Source: Podarcis cretensis
Taxonomy: Eukaryota
Assembly: GCA_951804945.1 (NCBI GenBank)
Contig: OX638153.1
Coordinates: 26,784,001-26,848,000 of the forward strand
Length of the DNA stretch: 64,000 nt
Reading direction: 5' to 3'
Below, piece after piece: positions 23,446 through 36,441 of this stretch. Numbering within the stretch: the first letter of the stretch is position 1; every line of letters begins with the position of its first letter. The position numbers and the translations under genes were made by a program. Below the pieces are notes generated by a model, which worked only from the letters and a program-made list of their open reading frames with translations, made no database searches and was not told the origin of the DNA.

Positions 23446-26054
23446 CTTAAATTGTTAAACCAAAATAATCAAACGTAAAAATCAACAAAAATGATTGAAA
23501 AACAGAGAGACCAGAGAAGAAAATTGGTCAGTAAACGTTGTAATATTACAAAAAAAGCAAGTACAACTGTTTGTATGAATTAGAATGAAGTAGGTAAAAT
23601 CAACAGCTAAACAGGTAGGGAAAAATAGGAATGAGTCACATAATTATGGATGATCCAAAATTAAAAAAAGAAAGAAAGAAACCAACATGAAATGAAAGAC
23701 AGGAAAGCACAAGGCAACCGAGTCTGCAAACAATGAAAGAACAGAAAACACATAGAAGGAAATCCATTATGGTCCAAAGTAATAGCCACAACCAAAAATT
23801 CTTCTCTTACTTCCTATTGACTTTCTGATGTGCTAAAGTTAAGATATTAAGTATCTCAGCTCCATTTTGCCTGTTATCAGTATGTCTTTGCTTTGTGCAA
23901 GTATCAAAATTGTCCTTTGGAAAATTTCTGTCATTATATCCTTTGCAGTTTCATTAATACATTTTATATTTACTGTATAGCAGTTTCGTTAACACAAAAC
24001 GGTGTAAACTTGTGCAAATGACACTGAGTAGCTAAAGTCTGCTTTGAAAACCACTCCGAACTATTTCATGCAGAACCCAAAATACCTTTAAGGTGACAGG
24101 CAATTGATGTGCAAACTGTGAAGCAACGGGAATAAAGTCAAAACTTTCTCTCTCTCCCATGCACATTTTGTATATGCTTCACTCTCACAAAGCCAATAAG
24201 AGCAAGACCTTTTCTGACTCAAGGATTAAAAGAACCAAAAAGGGGGGAAAAAGCTTTTTGCATTTGTTGGCTTTTTCATGCGATATTCCTTTTACTTGGT
24301 AAAACTTAAAAGATAAAAAGCTTCACATGAAATGACTTTAAGAAGCATTTGTCATACATAAAAATGGGAAATACGATTAATGAAAAAACGTGAGCAAGCA
24401 AAGCAACCAAACTTTAAATTTTATTCATGCATGGTTTATCATGTCAAAAACAAGCACATGGAATAAAACAGTTTGCATGGTGTACTATGCAAAATATACA
24501 AATGTTCAAAAATCTTTCCACAGGAGGCATTTAAAAAGAAGAGTACACTTTTTCTACAAGGTGTAGTGTCTTGGTACCTTTTGAAGACAGTTTTCCTAGC
24601 AGTTCAAGGAAAGCAAGCTCAACCTTCCCTATCACAAAATTAACAGGGGGCTTCCAAAGAGAGGGACTTTTCTGTGGTAGCACCATGGTTACCATACTGC
24701 ACCCCTGCCAGTCAGAGTCATCTGATGATGTCTTCACTGTCTTCAGGTGCCAGTTGAGTCCATCTTGTCTGCCCATAGAAAGTGTCAATACTAATGGAAA
24801 TTGTTAGAATATTGGCTGCTGGTCTTAATGTGCTGTTTACATTTTTGAAGATTTTTTTTTTATTATCTATTTTATAATGTGTTTTTATAATGTGGAACTT
24901 GCAAGCTGCCTGGAGACTATTTTCAAAAAAAGATGGGATATATATTTAAAAATAGCTAAGTAAATACTTAGCTGGGAATGTCAACTCTAGGAAGCTGTAA
25001 TTTGAGATTAACATCACCAGTGTCTCTTAATATAGTAATGACTTTCAGAACTCCAGTCTTTTAGGTTACCAGTGGTGGCCTTCTCAGAGGAATAGCAGAA
25101 GGATTTTCCTTCTCTATCTTCAAAGTCAGCTGCATGTTAAAGCAGCTCCAGGCAGGGTGTACTGAGGCAGCTCTTCCCCCAACACATACACACACACGTA
25201 CGTATTTGTTTGCTTTCCCAGCTGTGGGCTTGCTTTGATGGCAGTAGCTGGCTACATCTGAAAAACCAAATGCCATTTAATTTTCCTAGATGCCCTGGAG
25301 TGACACTACATTGGACGCTCGAGAGCACTGGGGAATGCACAATGGCAGGTGCCTTCCCAGCCAATGCCAGCAGGTAAGCCACCAGCTGGGGAACTTGGCA
25401 GATGCAGGTGAGGCCCTGGAGCTGCTTGAAGATGCTGGGCACTTCAAAGTGTCTTCAGCTAATGCCTTTACACCAACAGCCAGTTGTGCAGTTTTTCTCC
25501 CCTCAACCCTTCCTGTAAGGGACTCCATGCAAATGGGTGTCATTATGGGGAAGCCGGCTCACATAATCTTTGAAGTAAAGAGGGGAGGCAAGGAGAGCGG
25601 CACTTGCCTGCTCCTCTGATTTGCAAGGGCCACCACTGGTAATGTTATGACCCATGGCAGAGTTCTTTTGTCACGAATGCTTAAATGGTAAAACACAGAA
25701 ACACATTAAGGCACAATCTCTTCACTAGGAACTAGCATGGAAACAAAAATACCTTCTCAGCGCAGCTTTGTCTGACATTGATATTATTTCAAACAAACTT
25801 TTGTCAGTTTTTTTTAAGGCAAACAATAATTATGTACAAAATAATCAACTGGTTCTATCCAGTAAAGAGTAAGCATTGGTAGACCAGCTTCTCTAAGAGC
25901 TGTCCATTGTACAGTGGAAAATTATGTATACATTTTTCCACTGTACACTGAGTAGTAGTTTGAAAATTTTGTACATTGGTTCTACTTCATTTGTATTTAC
26001 ATTTACAACACACACATGCTAACTCTGGATCAACATGACAATTTAAAAACCTAC

Positions 26055-26069
26055 CTGTCGGGATGGTGG
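26055..26069 (-). CDS. Candidate 15-nt ANK3 microexon (TTIPT)
   Basis: ttttccatcag|CCACCATCCCGACAG|gtaggt. Frame-preserving phase 1/1, with GCATG on both sides. Confidence 0.45.
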
Positions 26070-26329
26070 CTGATGGAAAACATGCTGAGTCCCAGTCAGG
26101 ATCATATTCCCTATTTGCTCCCAAAGTTGCTATTTACTGCAGACAACATCTTTGCAGGTAAACAGCCACCAAGGGACAATTCTGAGAAGAAAAATCAATG
26201 CTGGGCCCTGATTCTGACTGAGGTTCCACCCAGATGTTTTTGCTTTAAAATAAAGATTCAGCACATTTTTTTAAATGCATTTCTAATGTAAATTGGCTCT
26301 CTGCTACAGCCATGTTAGTGCCCATCTAC

Positions 26330-26475
26330 TAACAAGCCAGGTTCAAGGTCCTTGGATGAATTTACAAAGCCCTGAACAACTTAGGTCCAGGGTTCCTCAG
26401 GGACCACACAACTTGATCACTGAAATCATCTGCAGGAATGTTGCTGGACATTCCCTAAATGTGTGAGGCTCATTT
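26330..26475 (+). mobile_element. L2 LINE ORF2 C-terminal fragment
   Basis: Reads ARFKVLG*IYKALNNLGPGFLRDH, compared with RFKVLVLTFKALHGLGPLYLRD in the large L2 copy. Confidence 0.6.
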
Positions 26476-26972
26476 GGGGGGGGGGGGGCGAAATGCAACA
26501 AACATACATATAAAGAACATTTTAAAAACAGCTCATCTGTTTGGTAGTGCAAACTACTACAGTGAACAGTGAACTCTTAAGTGTGTAATTCTCTTCTACA
26601 TTCTCTTCAAAAGTGTTTTTGATCTGTGTTTTGCTGGTCAATATGTTACCAACTCCATAAAACTTACTATGATTTAACCACCTCATCTTATTAAAGGTAG
26701 AATAGCCTGTCTTCTTTTGCTATAGAAGTACTGATTAGTGAGTCCACCCTAATGATCCTTTTAGTCCATGGATATTTCAAGAGACAAACTATGGTTTATT
26801 AGCCTGAATTTCCCAAGTTATCTGCACTCCAAAGGGTTCTTGGATAAATGGAGACTCTTGCTTGTTAAATCAGGCATTTTCCAATGACACCAAAACATGA
26901 CATTTATAGAAAAAATGTCTCTTCTTGTGAAAGATCAGTTTACAGCATTAGTAGGTTTGTTAAGAAACTCAC

Positions 26973-27054
26973 TCATTCCAGGCTCAGTCAGATAGCTGTA
27001 GCGCTTACGTAAAGCAAGGGACACAAAGTTCTGTCGCCGGTCTGTTTTCTCAGT
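26973..27054 (-). CDS. ANK3: ANK3 exon preceding the giant exon (TEKTDRRQNFVSLALRKRYSYLTEPGM)
   Basis: 82 nt, phase 0/1, ttacag|ACT ... ATGA|gtgagt. Confidence 0.96.
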
Positions 27055-29712
27055 CTGTAACAAAGCATACTTCCGTTTGGTACCTTTAACATACAGTTGC
27101 TGCTGTCTAGAGCAGGTTTCTTTCTTTTAATTAATGAATTAACATTCCACTTTTCAAAATATTGTCCAAAGTGGCAGACAGAATATACCAATAATTCTTG
27201 TTCGTTTTTGTTTAAATGGGAAGATAACACACACATACCCTTACATATTTTTAGATCTTCAGGAGAACTAATTGTACCTTGGAGAAGAATATTTGCAACT
27301 AAAGTGTGCTATGAGCTTATATGGAGAGTGGAGCAGTGACTTGCACTTCTTCAGCATAGCATTTTACCTATCACCCTATAAAGCAGATCAGTCTCAGACA
27401 GGGCAACCAATGCGCTTACATAGCTGAGTATGGATTTCACCCCATTTCTTCCACAGCAAAGTCATGCCATGAAAGTGAATGAGTATATTTTTGTCACACT
27501 TCCCCTACACACACTCCCCTTTCTACGAAGGCCTCATTCATTCATATATAAACTGCTTTGAGGTTTTTATTTACAATCAAGTGGTATAATTTTAAGAATG
27601 AAATAATAAAGTAAGCTAAGTTCAAGTTACAGCCCAATCCACTTCTGTTTTTAAAGTTATCCCTGCTCACAGATTCAAATTCCACCCGCCCCCCCAATCC
27701 CTTATTTCTACCAAGCCTGCACCTGAAATTACATTTTACCAACATTCAAGTCTTGTAACTATGAGATGTGTGTTGTCTTTGAAGAATAGGTTTACAAAGT
27801 TCTCATTTCATTGCTAAAGCTTCTTGAGCTTATTTGGAGAGAACAAACATCTTGAGGCCTAATCAGGTGCTATCCAAATCTAGGATTCAACCTCTTGGAG
27901 CAGGCTTTGGGCACACCCATTTACTCCCTTCTCACAGACTGAAGGGCATGAGGGTTCATGTTTTGTATGATCATGGGATCTACCTGACCTTATAAGACAA
28001 CTGAGTTCTGCCTCACAGGCTCAGAGATCCTTTGTTAGAACAAACATAGGATCTCCCATTCACTAGCTGTTGTCTGTTCACATTGAGGGAAGCTGGGGAA
28101 GGCTGTGGGATGCAGCATGAGCCCAAGGCCTGCTCCTAATATCACCCCAGGTGGAATCCTGGAAAGAAAGAAAAAAACCCAGTACTCTAACAGGCCTTGT
28201 GTCATGAAAGAAATCTATCCATTCTTAAAGTGAAAGACACAGATTTTAAAGACACATGGTATTAAGATGAATGTTGGCAAAATGTAACACGATAAACATT
28301 GTTAGTAATTTAGAGAACATGTAAAACATGGCCAGATATCACACACCTGTTTCTTTAAGGAACCTTTGTGAGTTGCTAAGCCTTAATTTTTGTATTACAA
28401 AGCACCATCATTGTAAATCATCCATATCATATAGCTAGCATTTTAGTAATCATTTTTGGCACACATAAGGCTACAGTTAGACATGTAGAATATCACTACA
28501 GCTGTAACTTAGGCCAGCCAAATAAGTTCTTCAAAAATCAATTTGTTGCAAAAGCACATATATCACAATGTACACCTACTTTAAAGGAACTACATAAAGG
28601 ACAAAGATAAATAAATGAAAAGAGGAATGGACTGGGATTTTTATAAATATGCAGAAATGCAGGGATGCAGATTAGAAAGCAGGTTACAATCACTAACAGA
28701 TTACAACTTGCTTCAAAAATCTCTATACGGGTTGTAGATCTGTTTTTAGTAAAGTTTCTAGATGCTAATAGTGGTGTTTTTAAAGATATATATTTAGTTT
28801 GGTAAGAAAATAGGACAAGTCAAAAAGTACTTTTGGGTTTTTTGTTTAGACGACCAATCCCCATGGGCTGTTATAATATCTAAAGATGCTGTCCTGCTAA
28901 GCTCAATCACATTTTAAGGCCCTATTGATTTCAGTGGGAGAACAGAACACAAGCTTAACTTCCTTAGTGCTTAACTTTGCCTGAATCATGCTTTCATCTT
29001 CCTTTACACTGTGTCTCCCAGTGAACAAGAGAGTCATAAATTTCACAGAGACAACAGTCAGAAACCATGAATCCCATGGTGCTGATCCATCTGCTTCCTC
29101 CAAGGGAGCAAGTGGCTTGCAGCTTCCAGTCAGGAGCCATTCTTCTAAAGGTAATTATTGCAGGACCACTAGGCCTGGGATACCCCAGCAAAGGATTTGC
29201 TGGGTCTCAGTTGCCTATTGGGTATTGGGAGGAGGAATGGACAGGCAAGACAGTGTAGTTTGCTGTATTAAAGAGAATTAAAAATACTGTCTAGCTGGAA
29301 CTAAGGAAGTGGAAGGAAAATAGCTTCTCTGCTGCTGCTCACCTAGATGAATAGCAATGGGTATAATCAAGGGATCTCCTTCAAAACCTCATGCATGCAT
29401 CCAGTGGTCTGTTTCTCTCTGGGTGTACAAGCTATTCCCGCGAAGAGGAGAAGGCAGAATGCTGGGGTCTCTGTGTGAAGCAAGCATGCAAGAGCTCCCC
29501 ACAATTGGTAAACGGTCAGGTGCTTTGCTTTGTGCAAAGCAGAAGACATAGAATATCTAAGTCTAGTGAAGAGTGAGGGCAGAGGGACAGAGGCTAGGCT
29601 CATATTGTTCCAAGCACATGTTATTGGCTTCATTTATTTGGTTTAGTAAATCTTTTTTGTGATACCATATATCTTTAATGGATAAGAATTCTGATTATAA
29701 TAAAAAGTAAAA

Positions 29713-29852
29713 NNNNNNNNNNNNNNNNNNNNNNNNNNNNNNNNNNNNNNNNNNNNNNNNNNNNNNNNNNNNNNNNNNNNNNNNNNNNNNNNNNNNNNNN
29801 NNNNNNNNNNNNNNNNNNNNNNNNNNNNNNNNNNNNNNNNNNNNNNNNNNNN
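29713..29852. other. Assembly gap (140 N)
   Basis: Run of N. Confidence 1.
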
Positions 29853-30208
29853 GAGCACAAAAAATGCAAGCTAATTTATAAAAGGCAAAACAAACCCAAA
29901 ATGTCAACAGAATATAAATTAACAAACAAAACTTTACATCGAATGCAAATCAACACATGACATTACTAAAAGCATAAAGTATATGAACTGTAAGCTGAAG
30001 CATGAATTGTAAACGGAGGACCCGGTAATCAAAAATTGCAGAAATGCAGCACCACAGTAACAAGTCTCAAAAAGCTTTCTGCATACATGAAAACATTAAG
30101 ACATAAAACAGGCTTAATCAGATTGCAAAGCATTCGCATTACTAGTGGTTCATTACAATCAGCAAAAAGAAAAAAAGAAAGAAATTAAACTAGCCTTAGT
30201 GATCGTAC

Positions 30209-30331
30209 CTTTTTGTGTGCTGGCAAGGTGATATTCAAATTGCAAACAGCTGTTTGCGGCAGACCCTTTGTAGTCTTTGGTTCTTTCAGAAATGATAAGC
30301 GACCACAAGGTTCTTGGCTGGTGTCTCTAAT
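30209..30331 (-). CDS. ANK3: ANK3 UPA-domain exon ([41 protein letters not shown])
   Basis: 123 nt, phase 0/0, tatatag|ATT ... AAG|gtacga. Confidence 0.96.
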
Positions 30332-31791
30332 CTATATATATATAAAATGTTCACACACTGGTTTGAAATGTTTACAGTCCTTTGGGTTCCATTAAATTTA
30401 GTTTAGCTATTAGCTCTAATTTAAAAACAAAACACGCAAAGAAACCCCAAAATCTAAGTTCCTTGAACCATACAATGGGAAGGCACCTGATAATTATCAA
30501 ATCAAATGCCTTGTGCTGAAACAGGATCTCCAAACATTAATTCTCATCTGTCCTACACATTAATCCTCCACATTATTTCTACCACAGGGTGTTACAAACA
30601 CAAAGCTAAAGCAATTACAAGGTGTCTGCATTATTCCAAGGACAGTTTAATAAGAATAATAAGAAGCTGGCCAAAGTTTGAGATTGCATTTAATTATCTA
30701 AAGCATTTATAGCCATCCTGCCTTTCCATCATAATAAGACCGGTGACTTAAAATTTTTAAAAAGAAAACTTCTACAATAAAATCCAGTAAAACCACAAAG
30801 TCAAACTGAGCCAATTGATAGTAGCAAAAAGGAAATATATTAAATTAAATAAAAACATAAATAATTGACAGCCCAGACATGCAATATCTTATTCAATTGC
30901 CAACTAATTGCCAAGTGGTAATACGGACCTTTCCCTGGTCACCACCTAATTAAGCTTCATGGGTGGGGGTGGTAAGATCATAATTATGGATGATCATAAT
31001 TATGTGAAAAGGTGGCATATGAACAAACTAAATCCATCCATCCATCAATATGGAAGAAAGTGGTCTTTCTGGCAACCTAGACTTAAGGCCAGAAAGAAAA
31101 AACCTCTCATTTTTGTCTGGAAACAAATTAAAGTGCTTAAACTAAATCAACAAGGTAACAACACAAGCCACTCGGTGGCTGCATTTTCTCCTGTTTTGGA
31201 GATGGCATTCTGAAGGTATAATGTGAACACTGGCAACCTGGCTAACATGGTAACTTTTTTGCACATGGGTGTTGTGGTTATTTAAATGCTTCTTTTAAAG
31301 AACTGCCAACTCCAACCATTTAAGGGGCTTTACAAACACATTTAAAATCCTAACAAAATCACAACTCAGAAGTAAAATTAAAATGCAGTTGAGTAGCAGT
31401 CCATAAAATATATATTTTTGTAAAGAAGCAGATTGGCCTTTTAAACTTTGCTTAATAAGTGGTACAAAGCTTTCTAAATACTAGCAAGGAGGTAAACCGA
31501 AGCCCATCATCTTGAAGTTCATCCCAGAGCCCTGGAGCTCATTTCTGCCAGCAACCTAATTTCCTCAGTGTACCTTAAGCAGGCTTCAAACCTGCCATTC
31601 CCAATTAGTGGGATGGCGGCTCACATCTCGTGGTAGCAATATGCCGTTGCACAGGTGAAGTGGATGGCGCACCTTTTCCAAACACCACAGACAAACAGAG
31701 GCTTTGAAAAACACACACAAACACACAAGGTTTGTCATCACGCAGGAACAGTTTTCTCATTGTGACTGCTCCAGTGCGGTTTTACTTTTAC

Positions 31792-31917
31792 CTTGATAGA
31801 AAATGGCAGTCTATTTTCTTTGAAAGCATAAAAATTAAATACAAGCTGCTGTCCTCCTTTTGTCAAAGGGGCTAGATTCCCGTAGCAATCCACATAAATA
31901 GGCTTTCCTTCCAAAAC
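31792..31917 (-). CDS. ANK3: ANK3 UPA-domain exon ([18 protein letters not shown]...LPFSIK)
   Basis: 126 nt, phase 0/0, caacag|GTT ... AAG|gtaaaa. Confidence 0.97.
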
Positions 31918-32815
31918 CTGTTGGGTCAACAATAAATCTGTTAGATCTATTTCCGTGCCGAACTATTGCAATAAACAGTAAGCATCCCAACTGTTAAATT
32001 ACTATTTAAACCCACAGTTAAAGTTGCCTTTCAACATGGCTTCACTGCAGCATTTTCAACAGGAAGAGATGTGTGGTATGTTCTTTGGTGGGGGGGGGGG
32101 GGAAGGTCAGTCAAGACTACAGATATTTATTTCTAAACTGACCCTTCAACAGCCAGCTGGCAATTTTAGCTATGCAAAGCTCAGTTCTTTACTTCTTTCT
32201 TTCTTTCTCCACCCCGCCCCCCCGATAAAAGGACTCATGGACAATGTGAAAGTAAGTTCACACATTCCACTACTTGTCCGTCATGCCTAGGTGTACCAGG
32301 AAGAAAGGGGGTAAGCAATGCCCCGGGGTTCTGGAAGACATGAACTGAATTACACTAGCATCTTACTCCATTCAAATTAAATAAAACATTTTGAACAGAT
32401 AGATTTGTGTATTGGAAGCATTTGCTTAGCAAGATTGGGCATATTATATCCATCCTTAGGCATCTATGCTCAAGCTTATTGGACTCAGGTGTAGAAAAAT
32501 TAAACTGACAATAGTCATTGTTTTGATGTCTCTTGATACTTTACCGACAATGCAATCTTGAATTTGTTTAGAGACGCAGGAAATTTGTAACTGTCTTGAC
32601 AGCTGTGAATAGACTGGTTTTAAAGTGCCTGAAATATCTGAATTGGCCAGGCTAACTGATAAACACAGTGATGTTTACTGTATTGACAGGTTTATAGACA
32701 CAATTTATTCTTTATTAAAATATGAACTGTAACTTTTAGAAAGGAATATATTTTTAAAAGCCCCTACAAAGCCTGTAGATCTACAATAGGCCTTTACTGT
32801 GGAATGATGGTATAC

Positions 32816-33044
32816 CTCAATATCTTTACTTCTTGCAACTTCTTCAAAGTTTTCTTGCTGCTCCAAAGTTTTGTCGACTTTATCATCTGTCATGCAGAAG
32901 CAGCGCAGATTGGATTCCACCGCATCATTCATTTTGGCAAAAATGACAAACTTGGCCATGTAGGGAACACATATTAATTCCCTATAAAGCTGTGTGGCCA
33001 ACCCGACAGTTTCGTGAACTTGATGGCAGTCTGCTAGCCAAAAT
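32816..33044 (-). CDS. ANK3: ANK3 ZU5/UPA exon ([10 protein letters not shown]...ARSKDIE)
   Basis: 229 nt, phase 2/0, atccag|A ... GAG|gtatac. Confidence 0.97.
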
Positions 33045-33811
33045 CTGGATGCACATACATAGATGTAAAGACCAATCAGTCCATCTTTATACAATGGTAA
33101 TTTCCCACCATAACTTTACCGTGGTTTGAACTACCTCTCCAGCTAACAGAACCAAGTCACATTCCTGGGTTTTCTAACTTACTTTTTATTATATATACTT
33201 ATAAATTACTTCTGGCAAAACTTGGAGATGGCTGATCTGAGAACTGTCAAAGCATGTTATAGACATGTTCAATACAATATTTATTATTTTTTTCTGGTCT
33301 GCTCATAATGTGCTGTGTTGGTTTTCTGTAATCTAGGAAAAGGGAAATCTCCACTGCTGATGGCTGTGCTGCACACCTTGGAGGCCAGATCTGCCACCTC
33401 CTTGGCAAACGAGCACTTCTGCACATTGGTGATGTGTGTGGAAAAACAGATCTCAGTGAGCAGAAGGAACTGAATGTTGTGGAAACTGCTCCTTTGTATA
33501 ATATCTAGATACCAATATTGGAAGAATGACAGATTACTAAGGCACTGGCGCCACTCTGTTAAAAACAACAAGATGTGATTAGGAGCACCAAAATCTGAGG
33601 AGAAATTCAGATGGGAGGATTTTATTTTTTCTGGTAAACATCCCTAGTTATGAATCTATTTTTGCTCCTCTCCTCTCCCATCAGTAAAAAAAGTCCTGCT
33701 ATTGAGCTAGTTATTCCAGTGTGTAGCACTCAAGTTATTCTGATCTTCATAATACAACCTGTATGCCTTAATAAAGTATAATTATTTGTGTTTCATTTGC
33801 TTTTACTGTAC

Positions 33812-33908
33812 CTGGCTGAAACGTTGGTTGTGAAAGAGACACAATCATTTACAAAAGTCAGTGGAGTGGTTCCTGTGATGTCTTCCCACTGAGCTGGTGA
33901 AGTACCTC
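33812..33908 (-). CDS. ANK3: ANK3 ZU5-B exon ([33 protein letters not shown])
   Basis: 97 nt, phase 1/2, tcctag|GA ... AG|gtacag. Confidence 0.97.
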
Positions 33909-34584
33909 CTAGGAAATAAAAGATGAAGTCACACTTGTTTAAAGGGAACTGATTTTTTACATAGATCTGAAATAGTGCTTTAGGTTTGCACTTTATCTTA
34001 GTTTTATTTATACATAATAATTGGTGTGGGAAGTTTCTGAAACACTCATATAATGTGGTGATCATATGGAATGGATTCCTTTTCAGAGGGAAGGACATGA
34101 AAGGTCTGTAATATTTAAGGTGGGCAATATAGTGCTTGGATTGCAGAAGGGCAGGGCAGAACTGGGGAGAGCTGGTCCTCGCCTCTGCAGGATTGCAGAG
34201 GGATGGGCAACCAGTGGCGCTAGGTCAACACCGCAACCCCTGTGCCTAATTACAAAAGCTCCCTGCAAAACCGTCAGTTCTGGACTTTGGCCAAAGCCAT
34301 CTGTCTCCACCCCAGCAGTCCACTGGACAAGAAGGGGGACAGTTAAGGAGAGAGAAAGGGGTGTTGGGTGGGTGTGTGGAGAAAAGGGGGCGTGACAAAA
34401 AGAGAGAAAGGTGATGACCCCACACACTGCTGGCTTTGGCTGATTCCATATGTGATATGCAGTACCAAGGAGACGCTCCTGGGGGAAATACAACTCTTGA
34501 GAGAGGGGAAGAGGAAAAATTTGCCCAATTTAGAAAAGATACGTTGAATAAATGGGGATGCCCTTCCTTATGCCTTTGTCTAAC

Positions 34585-34792
34585 CTGTTATGCTACACAG
34601 TAGCCGAAGGCTGGGTGTCGTGTCTCCTTTGTATCCATTGGTTATCCCTTCCCCTGATGGGGGTGGCACAGGAATTGTCATGGTGATTGGCTTATGGAAT
34701 TTTCTTCTTCTTGGTTCCACAGTGACAATGGGGCTGAATGTTGCTTTGTTACCAAGGATTTTCTTGACTGTTTCATCTGGAACTGGTTGAGC
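34585..34792 (-). CDS. ANK3: ANK3 ZU5-B exon ([37 protein letters not shown]...LLCSIT)
   Basis: 208 nt, phase 0/1, aaatag|GCT ... ACAG|gttaga. Confidence 0.97.
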
Positions 34793-35793
34793 CTATTTTC
34801 AATATAGGAAAAAGAGATTCCAAAATCATGGGATATAAGATTCTCAAACATGCAATTTATAGTTACAGGTAGGTAGCCGTGTTGGTCTGCTGTAGTTGAA
34901 ACAAAATAAAAAAAAATCCTTCCAGTAGTACCATACTTTACCTAGATGTTATTTTTCTGTAAAATTTCTGTTGCTGTTATACAGCATAAATGCTACACAA
35001 ATCCAGGATTTTAGGGTAAAATTCAACAAGCCCCAAACTTCAGGTTGTATTCAACTTTTACTCAGCGAAGACCTATTGAATTAATGAACCTAAATTTGTT
35101 ACAGCCATTGTTTTCAATGAGTCTACTCAAAGTTAGCTGAATGCAACCCCTTCTTCTTTTTGGATTTCTTATCAGTTTCAACAATGTCATCTGGTTCACT
35201 GAAATGGGGGACCTAACTAAAATCCAACAACTGCAAGGTGAAAATATCTGTTGTATGTAGGTGGATTTGCTGTAAAAATATGGATTTCATCCAGAATGCC
35301 GCTGTTCCCTGCTTAGCAGATGCTTATATTACAGATCTGAATAAGGTTCACTGGGATGACCAAACGCTAAGGTGGGCAGGATAGGTAAGCTTTTAACAAG
35401 TTACACAGAAGTGGGCATTTTGGCAGTTACAATTTGCCATGCAGGAGGGAGAAGAGCTGCTCCTTTTATTAAGAGGCCAGACTGAACAGCACACTTCTTA
35501 GGAAGTGGTGTACTGTGTAGAGGGGAGCGTGTGGGCAGGTCCTCTGCTCACTGTCCCACTTCTGCCATTCACACATGCTTCCTACACATGTAAGGTTCAA
35601 TGCATGCAGGTAAGAAATGTGGTTGATTTCCTCATTATATCAGGAATTTGTGTTTGTGGGTGGATGGGTATGTTGAACTATAGGCATATAGGCATAATCC
35701 ATCCTTGTGTCTACATGAAGGAATGGTGGGCAGGCTGAAGCTGCAGGCACTCATTTCCCTCAACCTGTTAGGCCAGATCTAGGTAGGTACATC

Positions 35794-36147
35794 AGGACGT
35801 GGGTGGTGCTGTGGGTTAAACCAGAGCCTAGGACTTGCCAATCAGAAGGTTGGTGGTTTGAATCCCCACAACGGGGTGAGCTCCCGTTGCTCAGTCCCTG
35901 CTCCTGCCAACCTAGCAGTTCGAAAGCACGTCAAAGTGCAAGTAGATAAATAAGTACCGCTCCGGCGGGAAGGTAAACGGTGTTTCCGTGCGCTGCGCTG
36001 GTTCGCCAGAAGCGGCTTAGTCATGCTGGCCACATGACCCGGAAGCTGTACACTGGCTCCCTGGGCCAGTAAAGCGAGATGAGCGCTGCAACCCCAGAGT
36101 CGGTCACGACTAGACCTAATGGTCAGGGGTCCCTTTACCTTTACCTT
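35794..36147 (+). mobile_element. Sauria SINE (Squam1/POM-type), full length
   Basis: tRNA-like head, BovB-related tail with (ACCTTT)n. 14-bp TSD taggtaggtacatc (35780-35793) / tagggaggtacatc (36148-36161). Confidence 0.92.
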
Positions 36148-36229
36148 TAGGGAGGTACATCATCTGATCCGGCCCCGTTAAACCTTACTTCTGGTTTTCA
36201 AAAATGAAAAGAAAGGCTCATCTTATTAC

Positions 36230-36441
36230 CTGCAGGCCCACTCGTATCCGCTTAGTTAATGCTCCTTCAGGGAAGGAAGCCTGGACTCGAGGCACAGTTG
36301 TGCTGCTCAGAATGCCACCCTCTGGACCAATCTGGTTGCTTTCTTGCTTAATTCGTGAAACCACAGCAAAGTACTGAGGAAAGTCCTTCGTGACAATTCT
36401 GCAGATACGCTTCTTCTCAAGTTCCTCTGCGCTGTCCAATT
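36230..36441 (-). CDS. ANK3: ANK3 ZU5 exon ([30 protein letters not shown]...RIRVGLQ)
   Basis: 212 nt, phase 1/0, gcatag|AA ... CAG|gtaata. Confidence 0.97.

Noticed and set aside
23805-23840. Possible microexon with gtaaga donor just upstream of the giant exon
   Set aside because: The plausible AGs give 22, 14 or 3 nt. The best acceptor frameshifts and the 3-nt option has no pyrimidine tract.
24531-25619. Overlapping short ORFs in the intron upstream of the giant exon
   Set aside because: No homology recognised and no consistent splice sites; probably decayed repeats.
35043-35148. Hairpin-forming palindromes (also near 28900, 45420, 48850, 49830, 53395) as ncRNA or miRNA
   Set aside because: They recur as degenerate copies of a common short palindromic interspersed repeat; no evidence of RNA function.
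35794-35870. tRNA-like sequences at SINE heads (also 13050, 55114, 59039)
   Set aside because: tRNA-derived SINE promoters, not tRNA genes.
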